DNA from: a bacterium
Lineage (GTDB): Bacteria > Patescibacteriota > Minisyncoccia > UBA6257 > GWB1-50-10
NCBI GenBank assembly: GCA_021814165.1
Contig: JAKAIX010000002.1
Span: 5,371-69,370 of the forward strand
Direction of reading: 5' to 3'
DNA length: 64,000 nt
The first letter of the stretch is position 1; each line of letters opens with the position of its first letter. A model generated the notes under the pieces. It did no database searches. It was not told the DNA's origin and worked only from the letters and a program-made list of their open reading frames with translations. Positions 46,869 through 55,996 of the stretch are shown here, piece by piece. The translations under genes were made by a program, and so were the position numbers.

Positions 46869-47870
46869 TCAGTGGATTATACGATCCGCTCTATCCAAAA
46901 GACCTTCGGGTACCGTGATGCCTGCCTTCTGCGCTGCGCGGTAATTCACTTCCAGGAGACTTTCCGCAGACACGACGGGAATGGTGCCTGCGGGAATTCC
47001 CCGCAAGATCTTATCCGCCAGAGCGGCCGCCTGTTTGCCTACGTAATTGGTATTGATGGAGATGCCAAACACCGATTCATAACCGCCGACTGCCATAAGA
47101 GTTCCCCCGATGGGGATGTTTCGCTCGCTCGCGAATTCGCCCATCACTTCGAATGAATCCGGAGTCACCGCAAGCGGCTCGGAAATGAGCAATATCGCGT
47201 CCGGACTCTCTTTTTTTGACTGTACAAGCGACTGGAATTCGGTTCGAAGTTCCGCGGCGCTGGAAGCGGGGATATCGGTAAGTGCGACGCCCGCGGCGGC
47301 GATTGCGGGCCGCAATGCCTTGAGCTGGCTTTCCATAATCGAATAACCCCTCTGATACGGTATCCATATGCGTTTCATTTTCGGAACCAATTCATGCATA
47401 ACCTCGAAACGCCTGAGCGACAGATCGGGTCCCGGATACCGCACGCCCGTGATATTGCCGCCTGGTTCCGTAACGCTTTGTACGAGATTTACTCCCTCGA
47501 TATTCGCGTTCCCGAACACGACGGGGATTCCCGTTCCCTCGGTAACCTTTTTTGCGAGGATGGATGCTTCGGTAGGAAACACGAAAATAAGATCAACCTT
47601 GTCGGCGACGAACTTATAAAGAATGCGGCTGTAAGCGGTTTCGTCGAAATTGGTTTTCCATTCGTCGTACCGGACGTTTTTCCCCTCCGCATACCCGAGT
47701 TCCCGCATTCCCTCCTTGAATCCTTCCGCGGTGTCGGAAAAAAAATCGAGACCCGAAAGAATCCCGATACGGTAAACTTTCTCCGTCTCTTGGGAGGTAG
47801 CAAGAAAGTAAATGCCGGCGGCCACCAGAAGTACCGTTATTATCGCTCCAACCGCGAGCTTTCTACTCAT
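46869..47870 (-). CDS. ABC-transporter substrate-binding protein (COG2984 / ABC_sub_bind family)
   Basis: N-terminal TM/signal; YRIGILSGLDFF..; no cognate permease or ATPase adjacent. Confidence 0.65.
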   Translation of the reverse strand: MSRKLAVGAIITVLLVAAGIYFLATSQETEKVYRIGILSGLDFFSDTAEGFKEGMRELGYAEGKNVRYDEWKTNFDETAYSRILYKFVADKVDLIFVFPTEASILAKKVTEGTGIPVVFGNANIEGVNLVQSVTEPGGNITGVRYPGPDLSLRRFEVMHELVPKMKRIWIPYQRGYSIMESQLKALRPAIAAAGVALTDIPASSAAELRTEFQSLVQSKKESPDAILLISEPLAVTPDSFEVMGEFASERNIPIGGTLMAVGGYESVFGISINTNYVGKQAAALADKILRGIPAGTIPVVSAESLLEVNYRAAQKAGITVPEGLLDRADRIIH

Positions 47871-48000
47871 ATAACTTCATTATAACAGACACCTTTATGA
47901 GAGAGTTAAAATACCAAGACACACGCAAAAAAGGGATGCCCCGCTTTCGGGCGGGACACTGAATTTTGCAGTCGCTCGCGCGCTCGCGAGCGAAATTCGT

Positions 48001-48073
48001 GGGTGCCTAACGGGAATTGAACCCGTATACTCCGCTCCACAGGCGGATGCTCTACCATTGAGCTATAGGCACC
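48001..48073 (-). tRNA. tRNA-His (anticodon GTG)
   Basis: Cloverleaf folded by hand. Acceptor GGTGCCT/AGGCACC with an extra 5' G(-1) opposite C73; anticodon loop CTGTGGA; T-loop TTCAATT. CCA is not encoded. Ends are approximate to about 2 nt. Confidence 0.8.
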
Positions 48074-48143
48074 ATACGTCCTCCGGAAATCCTACCTCAT
48101 CCGCCGATTATTTGAAAGTAAAGCGGATATTTGGGAAGATAAA

Positions 48144-48875
48144 ATGGCTATGAATCGCTACATCACCACATTAAAGGGCGCGAGCGTCGTCGCTCGGGAC
48201 ACCATGGCGTTCGTGCTCAAACGTCCCGAGGGGTTCTTATTTATACCGGGACAGCATATCGATGTCGAACTTATCAATCCCGAAAAAACCGACGCCGAGG
48301 GGGCGATACGCACATTCTCGATTGCGAGCGCGGCGATAGAACCGGATCTCATGGTCGCGACTCGCATGCGCGATACGGCGTTCAAAAACGTCATCAGGAC
48401 TCTCCCGCCCGGCGCCGAGATTATGATCGACGGACCATACGGAGACATGATTCTTCAATCAAATACCGAACGCCCCGCGGTATTTCTTGCGGGCGGCATC
48501 GGCATCGCGCCGTTCCGGAGCATCGCGGTCGAAGCGGCGCGGAAAAAACTGCCTCATACTATTTTCCTTTTTTATTCGAACCGCGCGCCGGAGGATGCGC
48601 CGTTTCTCAATGAGATGCGGGAGCTCGAGAGAGAAAATCCGCGGTATCGCATCATCTGCACCATGACCGGATCGAACAATGGAAAAACTTCATGGCAAGG
48701 AGAAACGGGTTATATTACGAAGGAAATGATTCTAAGATATTGTTCGGATATCCCTTCTCCCGTCTATTATCTTGCGGGACCGCCGGAAATGGTAAGCGCA
48801 ATGCACACCATGCTCCTTTACACGATGGGCGTAAGCGAGGATGATATCCGTATAGAGGAGTTTTCCGGCTATTAA
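48144..48875 (+). CDS. ferredoxin-NADP reductase-type FAD/NAD(P)-binding oxidoreductase
   Basis: RTFSIAS (RxYS FAD motif) and GGIGIAPF (NAD(P) motif); 243 aa. Confidence 0.7.
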   Translation: MAMNRYITTLKGASVVARDTMAFVLKRPEGFLFIPGQHIDVELINPEKTDAEGAIRTFSIASAAIEPDLMVATRMRDTAFKNVIRTLPPGAEIMIDGPYGDMILQSNTERPAVFLAGGIGIAPFRSIAVEAARKKLPHTIFLFYSNRAPEDAPFLNEMRELERENPRYRIICTMTGSNNGKTSWQGETGYITKEMILRYCSDIPSPVYYLAGPPEMVSAMHTMLLYTMGVSEDDIRIEEFSGY

Positions 48876-48879
48876 CACT

Positions 48880-49542
48880 ATGAGTGGCGTTTTAGATTCG
48901 TTAGGACAACTTGTGGTCCAATATCCCGCGTGGAGCCATTGGATTATCGCCGCGGGAATGTTGCTTCAAGGCGAAGTCACCATTTTCGTTTCGATGTACC
49001 TTATCAGCAACCATTCCTTGAGATGGATTGATTTCATCATACCGGCGCTCGGCTCCATCTTTGCGGCGGACTATTTCCTTTTCTTCCTCGGGAGGGTACT
49101 GCGCACCACCAGATTCGGATGGAAATTTTACCGGAGGATAAAACCGAAGAAACGAACCCAGTTCTACCTCTACTACATCCGCGAAAACCTGAATAAACTC
49201 ATTCTCCTCTCCAAATTCCTCCTCGGAGCGAATATTATCCTCATTCTCGCGATAGGGTGGGCTCGCACGAAATTCACTCGTTTCATGCGGTCTCATTTTT
49301 TGAGCGTCACGCTGTGGTTCACCGCGATGATTCTCGTCGCATATTCCCTCTCGTCGGGACTCTATTATCTGAGATCGACAAAAACCTTCAAGCAGGTTGA
49401 GATCATACTGGCCATCCTCGTGCTTTTCGTGTTCTTCGGTGAATATCTCCTGAAGAAAATACTCGGAAAACGCATCGGTTTTGACGAAACGTCAAAACAA
49501 CTGAATGAGTTTTCTTCGGAAGAAGAGGAAAAGAAATCGTGA
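48880..49542 (+). CDS. hypothetical membrane protein (DedA/SNARE-associated-like, tentative)
   Basis: 220 aa, about 5 TM helices; acidic C-terminal tail EEEEKKS; family assignment is weak. Confidence 0.35.
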   Translation: MSGVLDSLGQLVVQYPAWSHWIIAAGMLLQGEVTIFVSMYLISNHSLRWIDFIIPALGSIFAADYFLFFLGRVLRTTRFGWKFYRRIKPKKRTQFYLYYIRENLNKLILLSKFLLGANIILILAIGWARTKFTRFMRSHFLSVTLWFTAMILVAYSLSSGLYYLRSTKTFKQVEIILAILVLFVFFGEYLLKKILGKRIGFDETSKQLNEFSSEEEEKKS

Positions 49543-49670
49543 TTATCCGGCGCTAAAGCCGATCGATTTTCGCGGCGAGAACCCCGCACTAAAACAAACG
49601 CTGCACTTTGCGGCTACCGCCGAAGTGAACGAGTAGCGTTTGTTTAGTGATGGGGCAGGTAAAATCGTTT

Positions 49671-49994
49671 CTAAAGCTTGTCGATCTTGGCGGCTAATAT
49701 AAAGTCGTTTTCCGATAATCCTCCGAGCGCGTGTGTCGAGAGTTCGAGCTTCACGCGATTGTAAAATATGTGGATGTCGGGATGATGTCCTTCCTCTTCC
49801 GCGAGAGCGGCAACCTTATTGATAAAGATCATCGCCTGTTTGAAGTCGTCGAACGAGAACTCCCGCGATATCGCGGTATAGTCGGCGCTCGGTTTCCACG
49901 CCGGAACCTGGGGAAGATATTCCTCGGCCCCCTCCTTCCCAAGCGGCGGAATCCCCCCTTCGCACGCAACGCACTTTTTTTGAGTAAGGTCCAT
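49671..49994 (-). CDS. pterin-4a-carbinolamine dehydratase (PCD/DCoH)
   Basis: EEGHHPDI and the overall 107-aa PCD pattern. Confidence 0.85.
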   Translation of the reverse strand: MDLTQKKCVACEGGIPPLGKEGAEEYLPQVPAWKPSADYTAISREFSFDDFKQAMIFINKVAALAEEEGHHPDIHIFYNRVKLELSTHALGGLSENDFILAAKIDKL

Positions 49995-50082
49995 ATTCTA
50001 TATGATAACGGAAATAATCATTATGTGAATGGGCTTTGGACAAGGAAAAAAGAATGAAATATAATCCAAGAAGTTCGAAAGA

Positions 50083-50155
50083 GCCGTGGTAGCTCAGTGG
50101 CAGAGCAGTCGCCTGAAGAGCGACGTGTCGGGTGTTCGATTCACCCCCGCGGCAC
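50083..50155 (+). tRNA. tRNA-Phe (anticodon GAA)
   Basis: Acceptor GCCGTGG/CCGCGGC; D-arm GCTC-AGTGGCA-GAGC; anticodon arm GTCGC-CTGAAGA-GCGAC; T-arm GGGTG-TTCGATT-CACCC. Confidence 0.85.
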
Positions 50156-50175
50156 AATAGAATTATTCTCTCACT

Positions 50176-50880
50176 ATGGAAAATACAAATCTTCTCGAGG
50201 TAAAAGACCTCTCCGTCGCGCTCGACGACAAAACCATCTTCGAGAATGTGTCTTTTTCGCTCAAGCCGGAAGAAGTGCTTGCCGTGATCGGGCCGAATGG
50301 AGCGGGTAAATCCGTACTCTTAAAAACGCTCCTCGGTTTTTATCAACCGAAGCGCGGCACGATTACCTGGTCATCCGACGCAAGCTACGGATACCTCCCT
50401 CAGCGTTTTCATGTGGATCATTATCTCCCGATGACGGTTGAAGAGTTCCTAAGGTTGAAACCGAATCCGAAGTACTCACTCCGGGAAGTGCTCCGACTGG
50501 TGGAAATTGACGAACACTGGCTCGGGAGAAACCTCGCAACATTCTCAAGCGGACAACTTCAGAAAATTCTTCTCGCGTGGTCCATCATCGACCAACCGAA
50601 GGTGCTGCTCTTCGACGAACCGACCGAAAATGTGGATGTCGTTGCTCAAGAATCGATCTATGACCTCCTCCATCATCTCCAGGACACACTGAAGATCTCG
50701 ATTGTCATTGTTTCACACGATCTTAACGTTATTTATCGCTACGCAAATCAGGTGCTGTGTTTGAATCACGCGATGACATGCTACGGCGTGCCGAAGGAAA
50801 TTCTCACGAACGAAACGCTCTCTCAGCTTTACGGCGACCACACGTATTTTCATCACCATCACATCGGCGAAGAGCATTAA
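50176..50880 (+). CDS. ABC transporter ATP-binding protein, ZnuC-like (metal uptake)
   Basis: GPNGAGKS Walker A, LSGGQLQ signature, C-terminal His-rich tail HTYFHHHHIGEEH. Confidence 0.8.
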   Translation: MENTNLLEVKDLSVALDDKTIFENVSFSLKPEEVLAVIGPNGAGKSVLLKTLLGFYQPKRGTITWSSDASYGYLPQRFHVDHYLPMTVEEFLRLKPNPKYSLREVLRLVEIDEHWLGRNLATFSSGQLQKILLAWSIIDQPKVLLFDEPTENVDVVAQESIYDLLHHLQDTLKISIVIVSHDLNVIYRYANQVLCLNHAMTCYGVPKEILTNETLSQLYGDHTYFHHHHIGEEH

Positions 50881-50891
50881 TATAGCAACGT

Positions 50892-51656
50892 ATGTCCGAC
50901 ATTTTTATTTACACACTTCTCTCGGGAATCTTCGTTGCCGCCGCCTCGGGGCTCATCGGGTCGTTTCTGGTTCTCCGCCGAATGACGCTCATGAGCGACG
51001 CGTTGTCCCACGTTGCGCTTCCCGGAATCGCTCTTGGCGTGGTGCTCCATTTCGAACCGATTCTGGGCGGCGTTTTGGCGCTCTTTCTGGGAATTATTAT
51101 CATCTGGCTTATTGAGACGAAAACAAAACTCGCGACCGAGTCCGTGACCGGCGTGCTTTTTGTGACGGCCCTTGCAATAGGATCGCTCCTTATTCCCGAA
51201 GCGGATCTTCTTGAGGCGTTTTTCGGAAGCGTGCAGCGCATCACGCTCCCCGAGATTATTATCCAAACCATAATTGCGATCGCGGTTGTAGCCGTCGTCT
51301 TTACATTCAAAAAACGCATCACGCTTTTCTCGATTGCGCCCGATTTGAGCGTATCGCTCAAATCCTCACCGGCGGTCACGCAATTATTACTCCTCGCGCT
51401 TATCGCGCTCACCATCGCGATAGGCATCAGTTTCGTGGGCGTACTTTTAATAAGCGCGCTTTCCATTATCCCCGCCGCGGCCGCGCGCAATCTCGCGAAA
51501 AGTTTCAACGGATTTGTGGCGGCGAGCATCGCGATCGCAATCGTTTCTCTCCTGGGAGGACTCCTCGTCGGGAATATGTATTCCCTGAATCCCGGCATTA
51601 TGACGGTCTTGATAAGCGCCGCCTGTTTCGCACTGAGCTTATTCAAGAGGAGATAA
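50892..51656 (+). CDS. ABC-3 family metal transporter permease, ZnuB-like
   Basis: 254 aa, about 8 TM helices, immediately downstream of the ZnuC-like gene; no SBP gene in the operon. Confidence 0.8.
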   Translation: MSDIFIYTLLSGIFVAAASGLIGSFLVLRRMTLMSDALSHVALPGIALGVVLHFEPILGGVLALFLGIIIIWLIETKTKLATESVTGVLFVTALAIGSLLIPEADLLEAFFGSVQRITLPEIIIQTIIAIAVVAVVFTFKKRITLFSIAPDLSVSLKSSPAVTQLLLLALIALTIAIGISFVGVLLISALSIIPAAAARNLAKSFNGFVAASIAIAIVSLLGGLLVGNMYSLNPGIMTVLISAACFALSLFKRR

Positions 51657-51719
51657 GAAAGGAAGATGAAAGCAGTGGAGAAAATAAAAGCAAAGTAGTG
51701 GGGAAAATAAAATCGACAA

Positions 51720-51755
51720 GCCTCAAAATGCGCGCATATGCGCGCATTTTGAGGC
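51720..51755. terminator. perfect 18-bp-arm palindrome between convergent znuB-like and gdh genes (bidirectional terminator candidate)
   Basis: gcctcaaaatgcgcgcat|atgcgcgcattttgaggc. Confidence 0.6.
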
Positions 51756-51788
51756 CGCGAGATCTTTGCCCGATGAATCCCCTACTGG

Positions 51789-53021
51789 TTATGAATTATT
51801 CTTCAGCGCCTCGACTACTTTCGAAACGCCGACAGCGTACGCGGCCATTCTGAAACTCACGGAATTTTCCTTTTTATAGGAATAGATCGCATCGAACGCG
51901 GAATCTATCTTTTTTTTGAGTTCGGAGAACGTCTTCTCTTTCGTCCATTGTTCTCTATGCATGTTTTGATACCACTCGAAATACGAAACGGTAACGCCAC
52001 CGGAGTTTGCAAGCACATCCGGGATCACCACAACTCCCTCCCTCTCAAGTACGGCATCCGCTTCGTCCGTTACGGGGCCGTTCGCCATTTCGAGTATATA
52101 CTTCGCCCTGATAGTTTCCGCATTCTCCGACGTAATTACGTTCTCGGTTGCCGCGGGAATAAGTACGTCGACGGGAAGCGCAAGAAGCTCATTGTTTGAA
52201 ATCACCGTTGCGCCCGGCATTCCCTCAAACGATCCGTGCGACTTCTTGAACTCCACTGCGGTATCAATATCGATTCCTTGATCATTTTTGATTGCGTGTC
52301 TCGAATCGGCGATCGCGATCACGCGGTAGCCGGCGTCATGCGCGTAGCGCGCGATATAATATCCCACATTCCCTATCCCCTGCACCGCAACCTTCGTCTG
52401 TTTCGGATCGAGGCGTTCCCGCTCCGCGAGGTTCTGAAGCACGTAAAATCCGCCGAGGCCCGTCGCTTCCGTTCTTCCTTCTATTCCCCCTTTTTCGATC
52501 GGCTTCGCGGTAATCATCGCGGGAGTGTATTCTCCGACAATCTTCGCATACTCGTCCGCCATCCATCCCATCATCTCCGGAGTTGTATACATATCCGGCG
52601 CCGGAACGTCCTTGTCGGGCCCCACGATTGCGTGAATCGCGCGGATATAGGCGCGGGAAATTCCTTCGAGTTCCGCGGAAGAACACTGCTTCGTATCGAC
52701 AATTACGCCTCCTTTTCCTCCGCCGAACGGAATGTCCGCGATCGAACATTTCCACGTCATCCACATCGAGAGCGCGCGAATCTCCGACTGATTCACGAAC
52801 GGACTGAAACGAATACCTCCCTTATAGGGGCCCCGCGCATTCGAGTGCTGTGCACGATATCCGGTAAACATCCGCACCGCGCCGTTATCCATCGTGACGG
52901 GAAAATGTACCTCGAGAAATTTGTCATGCACCGAAAGCCGCTCGACGACATCGGCGGGGAGTTTCAGGATTTCCGCAATCTTCTTCAATTGTGCGACGCT
53001 CGTTACGTACGGATCATTCAT
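51789..53021 (-). CDS. gdhA: Glu/Leu/Phe/Val-family (glutamate) dehydrogenase
   Basis: IPFGGGKGGV catalytic Lys motif and GIGNVG NAD motif; 410 aa. Confidence 0.9.
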   Translation of the reverse strand: MNDPYVTSVAQLKKIAEILKLPADVVERLSVHDKFLEVHFPVTMDNGAVRMFTGYRAQHSNARGPYKGGIRFSPFVNQSEIRALSMWMTWKCSIADIPFGGGKGGVIVDTKQCSSAELEGISRAYIRAIHAIVGPDKDVPAPDMYTTPEMMGWMADEYAKIVGEYTPAMITAKPIEKGGIEGRTEATGLGGFYVLQNLAERERLDPKQTKVAVQGIGNVGYYIARYAHDAGYRVIAIADSRHAIKNDQGIDIDTAVEFKKSHGSFEGMPGATVISNNELLALPVDVLIPAATENVITSENAETIRAKYILEMANGPVTDEADAVLEREGVVVIPDVLANSGGVTVSYFEWYQNMHREQWTKEKTFSELKKKIDSAFDAIYSYKKENSVSFRMAAYAVGVSKVVEALKNNS

Positions 53022-53066
53022 GGTGTTATATCTTTACTACAAACAAACAACGGATAAATTTCATTG

Positions 53067-53140
53067 CGCCCCCGCCAGGACTTGAACCCAGAACCCTCTC
53101 CTTAGAACGGAGCTGCTCTATCCAGTTGAGCTACGGGGGC
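53067..53140 (-). tRNA. tRNA-Arg (anticodon TCT), tentative isotype
   Basis: Acceptor GCCCCCG/CGGGGGC; D-arm GCTC-AACTGGATA-GAGC; anticodon loop GTTCTAA with one mismatch at the top of the stem; T-arm CTGGG-TTCAAGT-CCTGG. Confidence 0.65.
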
Positions 53141-53146
53141 TCACCT

Positions 53147-53803
53147 CTAATTTATACTTATTTTTTCAAGGAATCCAGCTTTCCACCCATGCATTCTTCT
53201 AAATAAGCTTTTATCAAAAACACAAATAATGCACGTGCCGTTGTAGAGAATGTTTTTTCTCTGCCCCAATGAAGTTGGTTTTACGAATGTTTTTTGGAAT
53301 TGGTTCAAAGGAACGCCTGTTATTTTTGACCAGTACTCTTCAGCGTTTTTCCTTGAGAGAAGTTCGTGAATGTGGAGCGCGATTCGGAACTTTTCCTCGG
53401 GAACATCACAAATATCTCTAAACCATCTCATCATCAACTTTATCATCAGAGGGTCGGAGTTGCTGAACTTTATGGTTTCATTACTTTTCGCTCCTTCGGC
53501 CCAATATAACATCAACCCGGGTAAAAATATTTCGTTCTTAGAAAGACTCGGTAATTCTTTCCTCGCATTACTCATAATCTCTTCAGTCCTTTCTATTCTT
53601 TTTCTCTGTTGTGCTTTCGCTCCTGCATATCTCGAGATTTCCCTTCCCTGAAGTAGTTTCTCCTTCTGTCGTGACGTTAATTCTATATCCCGTAGCCAGC
53701 CACTTATTGTAGACTTTGAAACACCCACTTCGTTCAATATCTGGCGATAAGTACAACCGCGCTTACGCATTCGTATTGCTTTTATTTTCTCTTCAAATTT
53801 CAT
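53147..53803 (-). CDS. HTH-domain protein of unknown function in a low-GC tRNA-flanked islet
   Basis: The N-terminus RKRGCTYRQILNEVGVSKSTISGWLR is a clear HTH of the transposase/resolvase type. The remaining ~170 aa are uncharacterised. Local GC is about 38% against about 54% in the flanks. Confidence 0.5.
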   Translation of the reverse strand: MKFEEKIKAIRMRKRGCTYRQILNEVGVSKSTISGWLRDIELTSRQKEKLLQGREISRYAGAKAQQRKRIERTEEIMSNARKELPSLSKNEIFLPGLMLYWAEGAKSNETIKFSNSDPLMIKLMMRWFRDICDVPEEKFRIALHIHELLSRKNAEEYWSKITGVPLNQFQKTFVKPTSLGQRKNILYNGTCIICVFDKSLFRRMHGWKAGFLEKISIN

Positions 53804-53948
53804 ACATTTCTTATTTTAATTATAGCACAGCAGAAATATAGAAACATAGTCATGGTTCGTTTTAATAATTGCAAACGTCCCATAAGGTCGAGTAGAATCA
53901 ATATAAGAAATAGGATGAGCACATTTTCCACCACTAGTAACGGAGAGT

Positions 53949-54019
53949 AGTGTAATGGTAGCACGAGTCCTTTGGGAGGATTTAGTTCGGGTTCGAATCC
54001 CGGCTCTCCGACAAAACCT
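53949..54019 (+). tRNA. tRNA-Pro (anticodon TGG)
   Basis: Acceptor CGGAGAG/CTCTCCG; D-arm GTGT-AATGGTA-GCAC; anticodon arm AGTCC-TTTGGGA-GGATT with G37; T-loop TTCGAAT. Confidence 0.8.
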
Positions 54020-54031
54020 TAATTTCAATTC

Positions 54032-54298
54032 ATGGAGGAATTATTCAAATGGCTGACGGCGATAATGGGCGTTCTAATGTCCTTAGGTTATTACCCGCAG
54101 GCTTATAAAATTTTCAAAAACAAGTCTTCAAAAAACATCTCGATCTTCACCTACCTCGTCTTCGGGGTGGGAACGATCGTTTGGCTCATTTATGGAATCT
54201 ACACGCGCGATCTGGTAGTCGCGATGGGATTCGTCTTCGGCGTCATCGGCTCGTGGTCGGTGATTTTCCTGTCGTTGAAATACAAGAACGGATCGTAA
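54032..54298 (+). CDS. SemiSWEET / PQ-loop family small sugar transporter
   Basis: 88 aa, three TM helices, PQ motif GYYPQAYKIF in TM1. Confidence 0.7.
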   Translation: MEELFKWLTAIMGVLMSLGYYPQAYKIFKNKSSKNISIFTYLVFGVGTIVWLIYGIYTRDLVVAMGFVFGVIGSWSVIFLSLKYKNGS

Positions 54299-54299
54299 T

Positions 54300-55853
54300 C
54301 TACTCCTCCCCTAAAAGTTGCGGCGTCAGACTCTCCCCCGTCATCTCTTTCGGTTTTTTGATTCCCATAAGTTCAAGAAGCGTCGGCGCCACATCCGAGA
54401 GCATCCCGACTATAGGAAGCGTCATAAGAGTGTCCTTCGGCGTCTTCCTTCTGAACTGTTTTCCTACGAGATAGATCGGCACGGGGCTTGCATCATGCCT
54501 CGTTTCCGGTTCTCCCGTTTTCAGGTCTAAGAGCACCTCCGCGTTGCCGTGATCGGAAGTAATTACCATCACGTCATCCTGATCGAGTACCGTTTTCGTT
54601 AATCTCCCGATTTGTTCATCGAGAATTTTCACCGCGCGGAGCGTCGCTTCATAATTCCCCGTGTGCGCTACCATGTCCGCGTTTGCGTAATTCACGAGAA
54701 TAAAGTCGTACGTGCGCTCGTTCAGGGCCGTGAGCACGCGATCGGTAATCGGCCCGGCCATCATCTCGGGGTGTTCGTCGTGGCGCACAACGCGCTGCGA
54801 AGGAATGAGTATCCTGAATTCGTTCTTATAAGGTTCTTCTCTCAAGCCGTTGAAAAAGTAGGTCACATGCGCGTACTTCTCCGTTTCCGCGATGCGAAGC
54901 TGTGTTTTGCCGTCTTCCGAAAGCACCTTTCCAAGGGGATATTCCACAGTTTCTTCCGGAAATGCGACTTTCGTTTCAAACTCCGGTTCGTATTCCGTCA
55001 TCGTCACGGTATAGAGGTTATTGAAACGCACCGTGGGAAATTGGGAAAAGTTCGGATCAAGAAACGCGCCGGCAAGCTGCCGCATCCTGTCTTCTCTGAA
55101 ATTGAAAAAGACGATCGCGTCGTTGTCTTTGACGGGATGCGAAGCGCCGATGACCGACGGCGCGATGTATTCGTCATTCAGTTTTTTCTCATACGTCTCG
55201 CGAGCCGCTTTCTCAAGCGCGGTTCCTTCCCCGGTCGCGCGCGTAAGAACCGCGTACACCTCTTCCGTTCTGTCCCAATGCTTGTCCCGATCCATCGCGT
55301 AATATCTCCCGCTCACGCTTGCGAGAAACGGCATCATATCCGTCTTTGTTTTTTCAGAGAGTCTTTCCATGAGCCGCCCCACGGACTCCGGGGCGCTATC
55401 TCGTCCGTCGGAGATAAGCTGAAGGAAAAATGGAATACTTTTCTCGCGCGCCATCTTCACCAGCGCGGCAAGGTGATCAAGGGACGCGTGGACGTTTCCT
55501 TCGGAAAGAAGTCCCACAAAATGCACGGCACTTTTGTTCGCCTCGGCATGCGCGAAGGCGCCGAGAAGCGCGGGGTTCTTAAAAAAGCTGCCATCCTCGA
55601 TCGCGAGCGAAACGCGGGGGAAATGTTGATACAGCACCTTTCCCGCCCCCATCGTGAGGTGTCCCACCTCGCTGTTCCCCTCCTCTTCCCACGGAAGCCC
55701 CACTGCAATTCCGGATGCCTGAAGCGCGCCGGAAGGAAAGTTACTTTGAATAGCCCGCATGGCTTGCGGTTCGGCACGGTAAATCGGGTTCGACTCGTCG
55801 AGCGCCCCGATTCCCCAACCGTCCAGTACTACGAGCAGGAAAGTCCGTTTCAT
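54300..55853 (-). CDS. gpmI: 2,3-bisphosphoglycerate-independent phosphoglycerate mutase
   Basis: Start at MKRTFLLVVLDGWGIG (canonical iPGM N-terminus); SDHGN motif; 517 aa. The track's 46-aa N-terminal extension is rejected. Confidence 0.9.
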   Translation of the reverse strand: MKRTFLLVVLDGWGIGALDESNPIYRAEPQAMRAIQSNFPSGALQASGIAVGLPWEEEGNSEVGHLTMGAGKVLYQHFPRVSLAIEDGSFFKNPALLGAFAHAEANKSAVHFVGLLSEGNVHASLDHLAALVKMAREKSIPFFLQLISDGRDSAPESVGRLMERLSEKTKTDMMPFLASVSGRYYAMDRDKHWDRTEEVYAVLTRATGEGTALEKAARETYEKKLNDEYIAPSVIGASHPVKDNDAIVFFNFREDRMRQLAGAFLDPNFSQFPTVRFNNLYTVTMTEYEPEFETKVAFPEETVEYPLGKVLSEDGKTQLRIAETEKYAHVTYFFNGLREEPYKNEFRILIPSQRVVRHDEHPEMMAGPITDRVLTALNERTYDFILVNYANADMVAHTGNYEATLRAVKILDEQIGRLTKTVLDQDDVMVITSDHGNAEVLLDLKTGEPETRHDASPVPIYLVGKQFRRKTPKDTLMTLPIVGMLSDVAPTLLELMGIKKPKEMTGESLTPQLLGEE

Positions 55854-55996
55854 ATATATCTCCATGATACCAGAGGCAATCCGCTTATAAAACGAGGGGG
55901 AATGGGGTTTGCAAAACTTTCTCCCGCTTCCTATACTTATTCCATAAGAGCCGAAAACGTCGATGAAACAAAACAATTTTAGTATTTTCAATTTAT

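Noticed and set aside
53147-53803. LAGLIDADG homing-endonuclease motif in the HTH protein (LPGLMLYWAEGAK)
   Set aside because: Spacing between the glycines (8 rather than 6) and the lack of a second motif or surrounding conserved residues do not fit. Kept as HTH protein of unknown function.
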